DNA from: Nannocystales bacterium
Lineage (GTDB): Bacteria > Myxococcota_A > Polyangia > Nannocystales > Nannocystaceae
Reading direction: 5' to 3'
Length of the DNA stretch: 64,000 nucleotides
Assembly (NCBI GenBank): GCA_050633305.1
Contig: JBOEGF010000010.1
Location: 800,001-864,000 of the forward strand
Shown: one piece after another, positions 18,982-28,536 of the stretch
How the letters are laid out: each line of letters begins with the position of its first letter
Position numbering within the stretch: position 1 is the first letter of the stretch
The notes under the pieces: model-generated
The model's input: the letters and a program-made list of their open reading frames with translations, nothing else
The model's database searches: none
Told to the model about the DNA's origin: nothing
Program-made: the position numbers and the translations under genes

Positions 18982-19980
18982 ATGAGCCGCGCTACCCTCG
19001 CCAGTTCGCGCCATGACCGATTGCTGGGACTCGCTCTGGCAACGACCGTTCTGTCGGGGTGCACCGCCGCGTGGGGGCTGATCGAAGCCGTCGTGCTGGA
19101 CGAATCTGACGACGAGCAGCCGCCCGCGCCGAGGGAACTTCGTGACCTCGAGTTGCGTTGGGAGGGCTCCGACGGCGTGGGGCGGCCGATTGCGAAGGTG
19201 TCCTCCCCTGAAGCGAGCGAGCGAGAGGCCTCAGATCTGGATGGCGAGTGCACGTTCGAGATCGATGTCGACCCCGACGGCGAGCCTCCTTACCTCGAGG
19301 TGTCGTGCGAGGGCATAAGCGGCCTCTACGAGGTCTCCATCGAGGGGCTCGACGACGGACGCACCGAGCTGCAGCGGCGCAACGCCTTGTCCTTCTTTGG
19401 CATTAAGTACCGCGGCGAGGGGTTGGTGAAGGACGCCGGCAAGCTGCGGATCGCCGACTGTTTGAAACCTCAGCCGATGCTGAAGATCGATCGCACGCTG
19501 ACGATTCGCGCGGGAGGGTTCGATGCCGCCACGGGGGTGCTCGATTCGGTGCCTGTCGGAAAACCGGTCGACCAGTGGCTCCGGGAAGCGAATGGGCCGC
19601 CGCGGAGCGCGGACTGGAACGCGGGGAACGGGAAGACGGCCCTGTTGACACACTGGGGACGGCGGGTCGTGCTCGGCGACGGCGAGACGCTCGACGACCT
19701 GGACTGGCTCATCAACACGACCCCCGTCGACACCGATCGCAAAAAGAAGTGTCGGGTGTCGGGACTGGGGAAGTTCTCACTGGTCGCCAAGGATGCCGCC
19801 GTCAAGATCCTGGATTTCCGGACCGGGGAGACCGTCGCCGAGGAGGTCCTCGAGAATAAGGGCGCCCTTCGCTGCTCCTCGATCCTCTCTCGCAACGTCG
19901 GAGATGACGTGATCCCGGAGCCGGTCAGCATGAAGGTGGTCGAGAAGTGGGCCAAGCGCCACCTCAAAGCCTCGAAGTGA
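18982..19980 (+). CDS. hypothetical lipoprotein
   Basis: LSGC lipobox, long ORF with GC-rich third codon positions. Confidence 0.7.
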   Translation: MSRATLASSRHDRLLGLALATTVLSGCTAAWGLIEAVVLDESDDEQPPAPRELRDLELRWEGSDGVGRPIAKVSSPEASEREASDLDGECTFEIDVDPDGEPPYLEVSCEGISGLYEVSIEGLDDGRTELQRRNALSFFGIKYRGEGLVKDAGKLRIADCLKPQPMLKIDRTLTIRAGGFDAATGVLDSVPVGKPVDQWLREANGPPRSADWNAGNGKTALLTHWGRRVVLGDGETLDDLDWLINTTPVDTDRKKKCRVSGLGKFSLVAKDAAVKILDFRTGETVAEEVLENKGALRCSSILSRNVGDDVIPEPVSMKVVEKWAKRHLKASK

Positions 19981-20081
19981 GCGGACTGGGGGACGCCCTG
20001 CTAGGCCCTTCGATACGCAATCTCCGTCCGCGAGGCGGCGGGTCACGTGATCGGGTCCGCGCCGAGAGTTGTGCTCGTCGC

Positions 20082-21608
20082 CTACTGCGGGAGGATCTGC
20101 TTGAGCGCGAAGCCGGTCATGTCGGAGTACGTGTACGGGTACTGCAGCCCCGAAACTACCTCGTGGTTCTCGGGGGTGACCGGGTCGATCTTGAACGCCT
20201 GATCTCCGAGCGTGTCGACGAGCCAGACGAAGCCGTCAACATCGATGGAGGTGCCGGCGGCATGCTCGATGCCCGTGAGGGTGTCGGGGCCGAACCATTG
20301 GATGTCCAGAGGGTCGAGGTTGGGGTCGACGCGGACCATGCCTGGGTTGTCCCCGCCGCCGAACGAGGGGACGGCGGCGATCCAAAGCACGCCCTCGTCA
20401 TCCGCCATGAGCCCGCGCAGGATGTTGGTCGCGTTGGCGTCCGCGGGCCCGGTCGAGAAGAACGCGTCGAGGTCTGCCTGATACGACGTGTACGTTTCCG
20501 TGGCGGTGTCGAACGCGTAGAGGCTGTTGCCGCTGCCGGCGGTCCAGATTCGCCCCGAAGCGTCGATGGTGATGCCGTACGCGTCTTCGCCTGCGGGTTG
20601 GGGAAACTCCGCCCAGCAGTCGGTGCCCTTGGCTTGGGCGCAGTCGTACTCAACGCGGTACAGCGATTGCCCCGAGCTGCGGTCCACGAAGTAGAGGTTG
20701 TTGTCGCTGTCGACCGCTCCGCCGTAGGGGCCATAGGTGTTGCAGTCGTATCCGGGGATCGCGGTCTCTTGGACCACGCTCCCATCGGCGCCGTCGAGCA
20801 GCCACACGGTCACGTCGTCATCCTCCGCGTTGCAGAACGCGACCCAGACGCGGGGATCCGCGTATTCGCAATTGCCAAGCGCTTCGGGAGCGGTCCACTG
20901 CACGGTACGAGGTCCGTCGCACCCGCTCCCTGAGTGCGGAATCTCGATGTGCCAGTCGATACACTCGTCTTCGGTCCACGACAGAGGGGTGGCGTCGACG
21001 GCCGTCTCGATGGATCCGCTGCCGTCGAGGTCGGGGCATTCGGCCGGGTTGGCGATGACCGTGGTCAACCCGCCACCTCGGTCTAGGACGGCGACGTTGC
21101 CGGCGAGGTTCACCGAGGTTCGGGACGGGCCCTGGCAGGTCGAGATGCTCACACCTTCGTAGTCGTCGATGTAGTAGCGACCGACTTCGGTGGCGGACTG
21201 GGTGTCGATCTTGCTGACGGTGCCCTGGGTGCTGTTCGCGATCCAGATGTACGAGAAGTCGACGACCGCGGTGCCCTCATCGACACAACCGGTCTCGCCC
21301 GCGGAGGTCTCACTCTCGCCGGCGCCCGTGCTGGTGGTGCCTGTGGTGGGGCCTGCCGAGGTGTCTCCCGACATCGAGTCCGTACCGCCTGGACCCCGGC
21401 TTGTTGGAGCTTCGGTGGTCACGGCGTTCGTTGTTACGTCGTCGGTGCCCGCCGTGGGATCGGAGCCGCTGGAGTCACCTCGAGACTCGGTGACGTTGAT
21501 CCCGCCCGAGTTGTCCGCCTCGGCGCCCCCAGGGCCTCCGGCTTCACAGCCAACAAGCGCGGACGCGGTGAAACTCAGAGCGAGAGGGAGCAGCGTTCGA
21601 GTGTCCAT
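20082..21608 (-). CDS. myxobacterial lipoprotein with Vgb-like beta-propeller
   Basis: LVGC lipobox, T/S spacer, YIWIANSTQGTVSKIDT, GPSRTSV, C-terminal PYTYSDMTG. Confidence 0.8.
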   Translation of the reverse strand: MDTRTLLPLALSFTASALVGCEAGGPGGAEADNSGGINVTESRGDSSGSDPTAGTDDVTTNAVTTEAPTSRGPGGTDSMSGDTSAGPTTGTTSTGAGESETSAGETGCVDEGTAVVDFSYIWIANSTQGTVSKIDTQSATEVGRYYIDDYEGVSISTCQGPSRTSVNLAGNVAVLDRGGGLTTVIANPAECPDLDGSGSIETAVDATPLSWTEDECIDWHIEIPHSGSGCDGPRTVQWTAPEALGNCEYADPRVWVAFCNAEDDDVTVWLLDGADGSVVQETAIPGYDCNTYGPYGGAVDSDNNLYFVDRSSGQSLYRVEYDCAQAKGTDCWAEFPQPAGEDAYGITIDASGRIWTAGSGNSLYAFDTATETYTSYQADLDAFFSTGPADANATNILRGLMADDEGVLWIAAVPSFGGGDNPGMVRVDPNLDPLDIQWFGPDTLTGIEHAAGTSIDVDGFVWLVDTLGDQAFKIDPVTPENHEVVSGLQYPYTYSDMTGFALKQILPQ

Positions 21609-21761
21609 GGCGCAACTGGGCGAGGGGTCTATCGGCCGCATGCGCGGAAACCGTAGCCCTGCCGAGGATCCGGACATCGGGTCGATGATGTGGACCGAGG
21701 TGGGTCGGTGCTTCGGCGGGCGTGTTGACTTTCGTGGGCGCGCTGCTAATCCGCCGAGAGC

Positions 21762-22412
21762 ATGATTGAGGTTGCTGGCGGCACGATCGAACTTCGGGAC
21801 GAAGGCACCCGCCGCACGTGGTCGGTCGAGCTGTCTCCGTTCGCCTTGGACCCGTACGTGGTCACTCGGGCTCGGTACGCGGAGGTGCTCGGGGACCGAC
21901 CCGTCACTTCGTCACCGAGGACGCCCGTGACCGAGGTGTCCTGGTTCGACGCGCTGCGGTTCTGCAACCGTCTCTCCGAGCTCGAGGGGCGTGCGCCGGT
22001 GCTCGAACTCGGCAGCGACCCCGAGGGCAGCGACGCTCGGGTCCTGCCCGGCGAGGGGTATCGCCTGCCGACCGAAGCCGAGTGGGAGCACGCGTGCCGT
22101 GCAGGCTCGGATGATGTCCGGCCAGGCCCGCTCGATGACATCGCCTGGCACCGCGGCAATTCGGACGAACACATCCACGACGTGGGCACCCGGCAACCCA
22201 ACGCATGGGGCCTCTACGACATGATCGGCAACGCCTGGGAGTGGTGCTGGGACATCTTCGACGCCGACGTCTATGGCGCCTACCGTGTCTTCCGCGGCGG
22301 TGGGTGGTTGGACAAACCCCGAGGTTGCCGCGCATCCTGCCGCCGCAAAAGCCACCCCACCTTCAAGATCGACGACCTTGGGTTCCGGGTGGCTCGCTCC
22401 GCCGGGCCCTGA
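21762..22412 (+). CDS. formylglycine-generating enzyme (SUMF1)-family domain protein
   Basis: RLPTEAEWE, NAWGLYDMIGNAWEWC, RGGGW and GFRVAR motifs. Confidence 0.92.
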   Translation: MIEVAGGTIELRDEGTRRTWSVELSPFALDPYVVTRARYAEVLGDRPVTSSPRTPVTEVSWFDALRFCNRLSELEGRAPVLELGSDPEGSDARVLPGEGYRLPTEAEWEHACRAGSDDVRPGPLDDIAWHRGNSDEHIHDVGTRQPNAWGLYDMIGNAWEWCWDIFDADVYGAYRVFRGGGWLDKPRGCRASCRRKSHPTFKIDDLGFRVARSAGP

Positions 22413-22433
22413 ATCCTCAGACTCGGGACCCCC

Positions 22434-23492
22434 CTAGCCCGGCGGGATGAAGTTCTCGCAGGCTTGCTCGATCACGGCGGTGGCCTGCGTGAAGCTGGGG
22501 CCATAGTCGGGCTCGCAGATCCCGGCGACGAAGCCGTTCTCTCCGAACAGGCCCGCGAAGTTGACCAGGTTGACGCCATCGTCTGTGCCGAAGCCGCCCG
22601 GTGGGCAGGGGCCGTCGACGTAGTTGGTCAACACGAGCGCGGCGGCGTTCTCCGCGATGCCGCCCTTGGCATCGAGGACGCTCTGGTACCAGCTCGCGGG
22701 GTCTCCAGTGGAGGTGACGATGTCGGGATCGCCCGGTCCGTCGGCTTCATCGGTGATGACGACGACAACGAGCAATGCGTTGTCCCGAATGAAGCCCTCG
22801 TTGCACGCGCCCTCGGCATTGAGGACCGGGCCGATCGCAGCTTCGACGGCATTCATGGGGCGTTCGCCCGCGTCCCCTACGGTTCCAACCCGAGCCGCAC
22901 ATTGGAACGAGGTGCTCAGGTCGTCTTCTTCGGTGATGTAGGAGAAGCCCTCCGCATAGGGGCCGCACATCGAGTTGCTCGAGTCTCCGCCTGCGGTGGT
23001 CGTGACCAGGGCTCCGAGGTCGCGGCAGCCAAGCGGGTTGCCAGCGTACGTGTCGGAGGTCGCGATGCCGACGTGGTAGCTGTCGACGTCGACGAGGGTG
23101 GCCTGGATCCCGTCGATGAACGCGGGGAAGTTGGCGACCAGGTTGGTCTGCGCCCCAAACATGCTGCCCGAGTTGTCGATGACAAACAGGAAGTCGACCG
23201 CGTTGCAGCCATCGTCGAACTCACCAAAGTCCGGGGTCACGCCGATATCGAAGGTGATCGGTGGCTCGGGTGGGTCTTCGCCGTCGTCTTCGACTTGGGG
23301 CTCAGTCGTGACCGAATCGCTGCCCGAGAACGATCCTGTCTCTGGGTTTGCCGTGGTCGAACTCGTGGACGATGAGGTTCCCGGGCTCGAGGTCGTGGGC
23401 TGGATGCCTGTGCTGTCTCCTGCGTTCGTGGTGCCGTTGTCGCACGCGAGGAGAAGGCCGGAGAAGACGAGAAGGGGAGTCCAAGGTCGCAT
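22434..23492 (-). CDS. vWA-domain lipoprotein
   Basis: LLAC lipobox, MIDAS motif DFLFVIDNSGSM, VVITDE. Confidence 0.82.
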   Translation of the reverse strand: MRPWTPLLVFSGLLLACDNGTTNAGDSTGIQPTTSSPGTSSSTSSTTANPETGSFSGSDSVTTEPQVEDDGEDPPEPPITFDIGVTPDFGEFDDGCNAVDFLFVIDNSGSMFGAQTNLVANFPAFIDGIQATLVDVDSYHVGIATSDTYAGNPLGCRDLGALVTTTAGGDSSNSMCGPYAEGFSYITEEDDLSTSFQCAARVGTVGDAGERPMNAVEAAIGPVLNAEGACNEGFIRDNALLVVVVITDEADGPGDPDIVTSTGDPASWYQSVLDAKGGIAENAAALVLTNYVDGPCPPGGFGTDDGVNLVNFAGLFGENGFVAGICEPDYGPSFTQATAVIEQACENFIPPG

Positions 23493-23588
23493 AGCCGGAA
23501 CCGAGTGGAGTTATAGTCTACTCGCGCGAAAACGCCATATACGGGTCCTCACCCGTGCTTGTGACAATCGGCAAAAACGCTCGAAGCT

Positions 23589-24629
23589 TTAGCGCAGCGG
23601 GAGCTCGGCGGAATCACGGCGCTCGACGACGAGCTCCGTTCCTGCCCAGGCGCCGGCGTCGAACAGCGAGGTCCGAGTGCGGCTGGCTTCGATCCGGACT
23701 GCATCGGCGTCGCGCGCGAACCCGAGGGTGCGGAGTTCGGTGAGGTCGAGCCGTGTCTGCCCACGGTCGGCGACCAGGCAGACGATGTCGTCGCCCAGCG
23801 GTTCTCCGGTGAGCATGGGCGTGAGTCGAAGACCAACCGCCGGCTCCGGATCATGGCCGTCTCGGTTGTCGCTTGGGCGCGCGTCCCACCGGACGACCAG
23901 CGCCCCACCGTTCGGGCCCGCGACCGATGCCACGTCCTCCGCGGTGTACGTCAGCTCGAGCGCAGCGGGCAGAGGGCTCTCGACCGTGAAGGCCGGAAGT
24001 TCGTCGGTGAGCCCGCCCGCAGCGATCACCGTGACCGTCTCGGGGTCGTCCATGTCCGGGAGGACGGGGGAATCTGCGAAGTAGGCGTACTCGACCCCCG
24101 ACATGTACGGCAGCAAGTCGGGGACCAGCGTCAGCGGGACCTCGAGTCGCGCATTGCCGAGCTGGACCTCGAGTTCGCCGGCATCGACGAGGAGAAGTTC
24201 TCGGCTGAGCTCGGACGAGTCGACCGCGTCTGCGCTTTGGTCGGCGAGCTCGGATGGCCAAAGCGCACTTTCGGCGGCGCACTGGCCTGGGTTGAGGAGG
24301 TCCTCGAGAAGATCGGGCATGTCGGCGCGCGCGCGGACGAACTCTTCGTCGAGCCCGCGAACCATCGCGAACCGGGCTGTGAGTTCGAAGCCGTCGGGCT
24401 CGAGCTCCGAGCCGTCGTCGAACTTGCCGTCAGCCCTACCGTCGAATGCGGTCAGTCCGGGTTCGAGCTCGGGGGTGCTCAGGACCACGTGGACCCGCCC
24501 AAGACGCAGGTCTTCGGCGCCCTCGGCTGCATCGTTTCCGCCCTCTCCCGTGCCAGGCCCTGGGCCGGCGTCGGAACAAGCAGAGAGTCCCACGGCGAAG
24601 CCAAGGACGAGCAGGGCAGGGGCGCGCAC
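23589..24629 (-). CDS. hypothetical lipoprotein
   Basis: LSAC lipobox, acidic beta-rich body. Confidence 0.72.
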   Translation of the reverse strand: MRAPALLVLGFAVGLSACSDAGPGPGTGEGGNDAAEGAEDLRLGRVHVVLSTPELEPGLTAFDGRADGKFDDGSELEPDGFELTARFAMVRGLDEEFVRARADMPDLLEDLLNPGQCAAESALWPSELADQSADAVDSSELSRELLLVDAGELEVQLGNARLEVPLTLVPDLLPYMSGVEYAYFADSPVLPDMDDPETVTVIAAGGLTDELPAFTVESPLPAALELTYTAEDVASVAGPNGGALVVRWDARPSDNRDGHDPEPAVGLRLTPMLTGEPLGDDIVCLVADRGQTRLDLTELRTLGFARDADAVRIEASRTRTSLFDAGAWAGTELVVERRDSAELPLR

Positions 24630-24761
24630 TACTCACAAGGTACAAGACCGACGACAGCGTGTCACGGAACGCTCGGAGATCGGGCCAAGCCGTCGGGCTG
24701 CGGGAACGCCGCGAAGCGATGACCGTAAGGTCGGTGGCGGCGGCGGCGTATTTTCGGATCG

Positions 24762-25952
24762 GTGGCTGTGTTCCTCCCTCCCGCACCTTGGCTGCCGACG
24801 ATCGTTTATGCGGTCGTCGTCGCGCTGGCGATCCGCAAAAGCCGCACGTTTGGACTCTTTGCCGGAATCATCCTCGGGCTTCCGACCTACGTGACCGTGG
24901 CGTTGGGCCCGCACCTCCCCGGTGGGGAGCTCCTCAGCGTCCTCCACCTCCTGGCGGCCGTGCACTTCGCCGCGCTCGTCGCCCGTCCGCAGATGCGTCC
25001 CGCCTGGTTTCGGGTCGGGGTCAGCATTCCGGGGCTCTGGCTTGTTGCCGCATCGTTGCTCGCCCTGCCGTGGGCGGTGGCCGCCTCACTTGGTTTCGAG
25101 CCGTGGGGGGGTTGGATCCCCTTCGCCATCGCCGGTCTCGGGGTGGTGCAATCGGTTTGGACCCGGGAGGAGACCGTCTCCCTTCGGCTCGATGTTCCCG
25201 CGGGTCCTGAACTCGCGCCCCACCGCCAAGGCCTCGGCGAGGGTGCGGGTCGTCCGCTTCGGATCGTTCAGATCACCGACCCTCACCTTGGGCCGTTCAT
25301 GTCCGTCGAGCGCCTTCAGAAGATCTGCGAACGCGCCGTCGAGCGCGAGCCGGACCTCATCCTGCTGACGGGCGACCTGATGACGATGGAGTCCCACGAC
25401 GTGGACATCGTGACGCGGGCGCTCGCCCCACTCGCGGCGATGCGCGGACGTGTGTTCGCCTGTCACGGCAACCACGACCACGAGGCACGCCAGGTCGTGG
25501 AGCGAGCCTATGCTGCGCATGGCATCAAGTTGCTGGTCGACGAGCAGAGCGTCGTCGAGACGCCCGCGGGTCCGGTTCAGGTCGTTGGCCTCGACTTCGT
25601 GTGGCGGGGACGGGCGACGCACATTCCGACGACCTTGGCCGAGCGACCCCGTCAGCGGGACGCGTTACGGGTGGTGCTGCTGCATGACCCCGGTGGTTTC
25701 GCGCACATTCCCGATGGCGAGGCTGACCTCGTGCTGTCGGGGCACACCCATGGCGGGCAACTGGGGCTGCTCAGTCTCGGGCTTCAGACAACGGTGCTTC
25801 GCGGGATCACCAAGCTGCCCGATCATGGTCCTTGGGCCAAGGGCAGCAACCGCCTCTACGTGCATCGAGCGCAGGGTCACTACGGCTACCCCATTCGCCT
25901 CGGGGTCCCTGCGGAGCAGAGCCTGATGCAGGTGTATCGTCGCGGCGCATGA
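24762..25952 (+). CDS. membrane-bound metallophosphoesterase (YkuE/YaeI-like)
   Basis: N-terminal TMs; TDPH, TGD, GNHD and SGHTHGGQ motifs. Confidence 0.9.
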   Translation: MAVFLPPAPWLPTIVYAVVVALAIRKSRTFGLFAGIILGLPTYVTVALGPHLPGGELLSVLHLLAAVHFAALVARPQMRPAWFRVGVSIPGLWLVAASLLALPWAVAASLGFEPWGGWIPFAIAGLGVVQSVWTREETVSLRLDVPAGPELAPHRQGLGEGAGRPLRIVQITDPHLGPFMSVERLQKICERAVEREPDLILLTGDLMTMESHDVDIVTRALAPLAAMRGRVFACHGNHDHEARQVVERAYAAHGIKLLVDEQSVVETPAGPVQVVGLDFVWRGRATHIPTTLAERPRQRDALRVVLLHDPGGFAHIPDGEADLVLSGHTHGGQLGLLSLGLQTTVLRGITKLPDHGPWAKGSNRLYVHRAQGHYGYPIRLGVPAEQSLMQVYRRGA

Positions 25953-26500
25953 GCTTCGAGACCCCGTCCAAGGACGCGTTGGAGGCTGCGCGGGACGGGT
26001 TGCTGCCCGATGTGTTCGCTGATGACCTCGACGTCCTGTTCGTTGGCATCAACCCCAGCCTCTATAGCGCGGCGGTTGGGCACCACTATGCGCGCCCCGG
26101 CAACCGATTCTGGCCCGCGCTTCATCGCGCCGGGATGACACCGCGGCTTCTCCATGCATCCGAAGACCACTTGCTCCCGACCTGCGGTGGCGGGCTGACC
26201 AACCTCGCGGCCCGACCGACAGCGAAGGCATCGGAGCTTTCCGCCGCCGAGCTACGAGAGGGTGCGGCGATCCTCGAGGAGGTCGTAGTTCGTCGTCGCC
26301 CTCGGGCTGTGGCGATCGTCGGAGTCACGGCGTACCGTCAGGCCTTCGCGAGGCCACGAGCCTCGATCGGACGGCAGGAGGCGTCTGTGGGTGGAGCGGC
26401 GCTGTGGGTTCTACCCAACCCTAGCGGACTCAATGCGCACTTCCAGCTGCCCGCGCTCGCCGAACTGTACGGCCAGATGCTGTTGGACGTGCGGGGGTAG
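25949..26500 (+). CDS. mug: G/U mismatch-specific DNA glycosylase
   Basis: FVGINPS, PGNRFW, GLTNL and LPNPSGLNAH motifs; ATGA overlap with the upstream gene. Confidence 0.93.
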   Translation: MSFETPSKDALEAARDGLLPDVFADDLDVLFVGINPSLYSAAVGHHYARPGNRFWPALHRAGMTPRLLHASEDHLLPTCGGGLTNLAARPTAKASELSAAELREGAAILEEVVVRRRPRAVAIVGVTAYRQAFARPRASIGRQEASVGGAALWVLPNPSGLNAHFQLPALAELYGQMLLDVRG

Positions 26501-26532
26501 GCCTCGCTCGGCGCGTGTCAGGTTCCGCCCCG

Positions 26533-26772
26533 ATGACGTTCGCGTCGCCCTTGCTCGCGACGCGTGCCGCTGATCGCGACCGGCACCTCGGCGTGCTCGC
26601 AGCGTTCGCGACGACCGTGACGGAGAACTCGAAGCTGCGCGAGGAGCTGTACGCAGCCCCGTCTGCGGCACACGCCTACATGACTCTGCATGTAGAGGAA
26701 TCCACCGACCTGGAGGACTTCCTCGAGCCGGCGATTGCGGAATTGGGTACAGAAGTCGGCCCAACTCGGTGA
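26533..26772 (+). pseudogene. probable C-terminal remnant of a PTS EIIA-like domain, as in antiporter-EIIA fusions
   Basis: HLGVLAAFA...LREELYAAPSAAHAYMTLH resembles the HLxxLxxLA...LxxAxSxxE end of EIIA type-2 domains. Confidence 0.4.
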
Positions 26773-26827
26773 TGTGGTCCACACCACGGCCCTTGTGCAA
26801 CGCGGCTACGCGCCGCATGCTCCTTTG

Positions 26828-27826
26828 ATGCTGACGAGCATCGCTGCGGGTCTTGGCGTCGCGGCCGCCCTTGCCCAACCGGCCGAAGTCGACGCCGCAG
26901 CTCCGGCTCCGGTGCAACGACCTGCGCCGGTCGTGAGTCCTGCTCCGGCCGCCACCACGAGCCCGGCCCCAACGACTTCGGCTGCCCCCGCGGTGTCCGA
27001 CGCGGCCTGGGACGCGCTTGTCGGTCGCAACGTGGAGGTTCAGACCAACACCGGCCCACTCCGCGGCGAGTTGCTTCGAAGCGAAGGCGCCCAGGTCGTG
27101 ATCGTTCGTGCCGACGGGTCCGTGGTCACAACGCCGAAGTCCGCTGCCTCGTCCGTCAAGGTCGTCCAGCCGCCGGCGCCTGCGCCCGCGCCCGAACAAC
27201 AGATCGCAGCCCTCGACGCACCGTCGGATTCGCAACCTCCAGTCCAAGACGAGGACGAGGACGAGGGCGAGGATGAAGAACTCACCGAGGCTCAGAAGCG
27301 CCGCAAGGAGCGACGTGACAAACGGGAGCACGCCCTGCTGGGTGCGTTCTCCATGCACGGCGCGACCTATTCCCATTGGCGCGGCGACGGTGTGAACGGT
27401 GGACACGCGTCCTACGCCATGGACTGGGGCGTGGGCGTCAACTTCTCCAAGAACTTCGGCATCTACGCCATCGCCGGTGGGTTGTTCGGCGCCAAGATCC
27501 AGGAGCCGGACGACGAGATGGGCAACGAAACCTCGATCAAGGCCAACTACGGCCGGGTCGGAGGTCTCTTCGCGTTCGGTGGGCAGTGGTACTACACGAC
27601 CGTGGGAGCAGGCGCAGGGTTCTCCCGGTTGCGGTTTGCGGACGGTACGTTGCAGCGCGACAAGGGGCTGGCGATCCCCAGCAAGATCATGGCTCGCATC
27701 CCGCTGCCGAAGAAACTCAAGAAGTACTACCTCGGTGTCGGGCTCACCTACGAGCTCGCTTTGATTCGTAACTTTGGCCGATCGATCAACGCGATCGGCG
27801 GACAGATCGTCGTCGGCCGGTGGTAA
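26828..27826 (+). CDS. secreted/outer-membrane protein: Pro/Ala linker, small beta domain, C-terminal beta-barrel-like region
   Basis: signal peptide, alternating Gly/aromatic strands, terminal Trp. Confidence 0.65.
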   Translation: MLTSIAAGLGVAAALAQPAEVDAAAPAPVQRPAPVVSPAPAATTSPAPTTSAAPAVSDAAWDALVGRNVEVQTNTGPLRGELLRSEGAQVVIVRADGSVVTTPKSAASSVKVVQPPAPAPAPEQQIAALDAPSDSQPPVQDEDEDEGEDEELTEAQKRRKERRDKREHALLGAFSMHGATYSHWRGDGVNGGHASYAMDWGVGVNFSKNFGIYAIAGGLFGAKIQEPDDEMGNETSIKANYGRVGGLFAFGGQWYYTTVGAGAGFSRLRFADGTLQRDKGLAIPSKIMARIPLPKKLKKYYLGVGLTYELALIRNFGRSINAIGGQIVVGRW

Positions 27827-28488
27827 CGCGTCGCCTCGCAATCGGGCTGCTCTTCGCCGCAGCCTGTGCTCCCACTGCCAACCCCGAACCGCCGGCCTCG
27901 CCACAGCCGGTGCCCGTCGTTCAGGCTGAGCCAGCGCCCGCCGCCGCTCCGGCAGCCGAGCCCGAGCCGTCCCCCGCTGCGGAGCCCGAACCCGAGCCGA
28001 CCCCAGCGCCCGAGCCCGAGTTCGAGCCTCTGAAGCTCAACGCCGAGCAGCTCGCTCGAGCGCGCAAGGTTCAGCCTCTGGTGGTCCAGGCGTCCCAAGA
28101 CTTTGGTGTGGATGCCAATCTCATCAACGGCGTGATCTGGAGCGAGAGCAAGTTCAACCCGAAGGCTCGCAATCGTTCCGGTGCCAAGGGGCTGATGCAG
28201 CTCATGCCCGTCACCGCACGGGGCATGGGCAAGAAGCTGGACCGGCGGGTTCGGGTGTACGATCCCGAGTTCAGCATCCAGGCTGGGACCAAGCTCCTGT
28301 CGATCATGCTCGAGAGGTTTGACGGGGACGTCGAGCTCGCACTGTTCGCGTTCGGTCGAGGCGGCGGTCGGGTGCGTGGATGGCAGGCCAACGGGGAAAC
28401 CGAGATGCCCAAGGGCGTGCAGAGATTCATCGCGAAGGTGCGTCGCGGCCAGAAGACGTTCGAGATGCTGGGCTTTCCCCACGTCTGA
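27820..28488 (+). CDS. SLT-domain lytic transglycosylase lipoprotein
   Basis: AAAC lipobox, PE linker, ES catalytic motif, GAKGLMQLMP. Confidence 0.9.
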   Translation: MVTRRLAIGLLFAAACAPTANPEPPASPQPVPVVQAEPAPAAAPAAEPEPSPAAEPEPEPTPAPEPEFEPLKLNAEQLARARKVQPLVVQASQDFGVDANLINGVIWSESKFNPKARNRSGAKGLMQLMPVTARGMGKKLDRRVRVYDPEFSIQAGTKLLSIMLERFDGDVELALFAFGRGGGRVRGWQANGETEMPKGVQRFIAKVRRGQKTFEMLGFPHV

Positions 28489-28536
28489 GCGCCGATTTCA
28501 GCGACGCTTCGCCCCGCGATTTGCCACACTGTACAA

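Noticed and set aside
21762..22412. FGE-domain gene as a diversity-generating retroelement target
   Set aside because: No reverse transcriptase and no template repeat copy of its 3' end in the window
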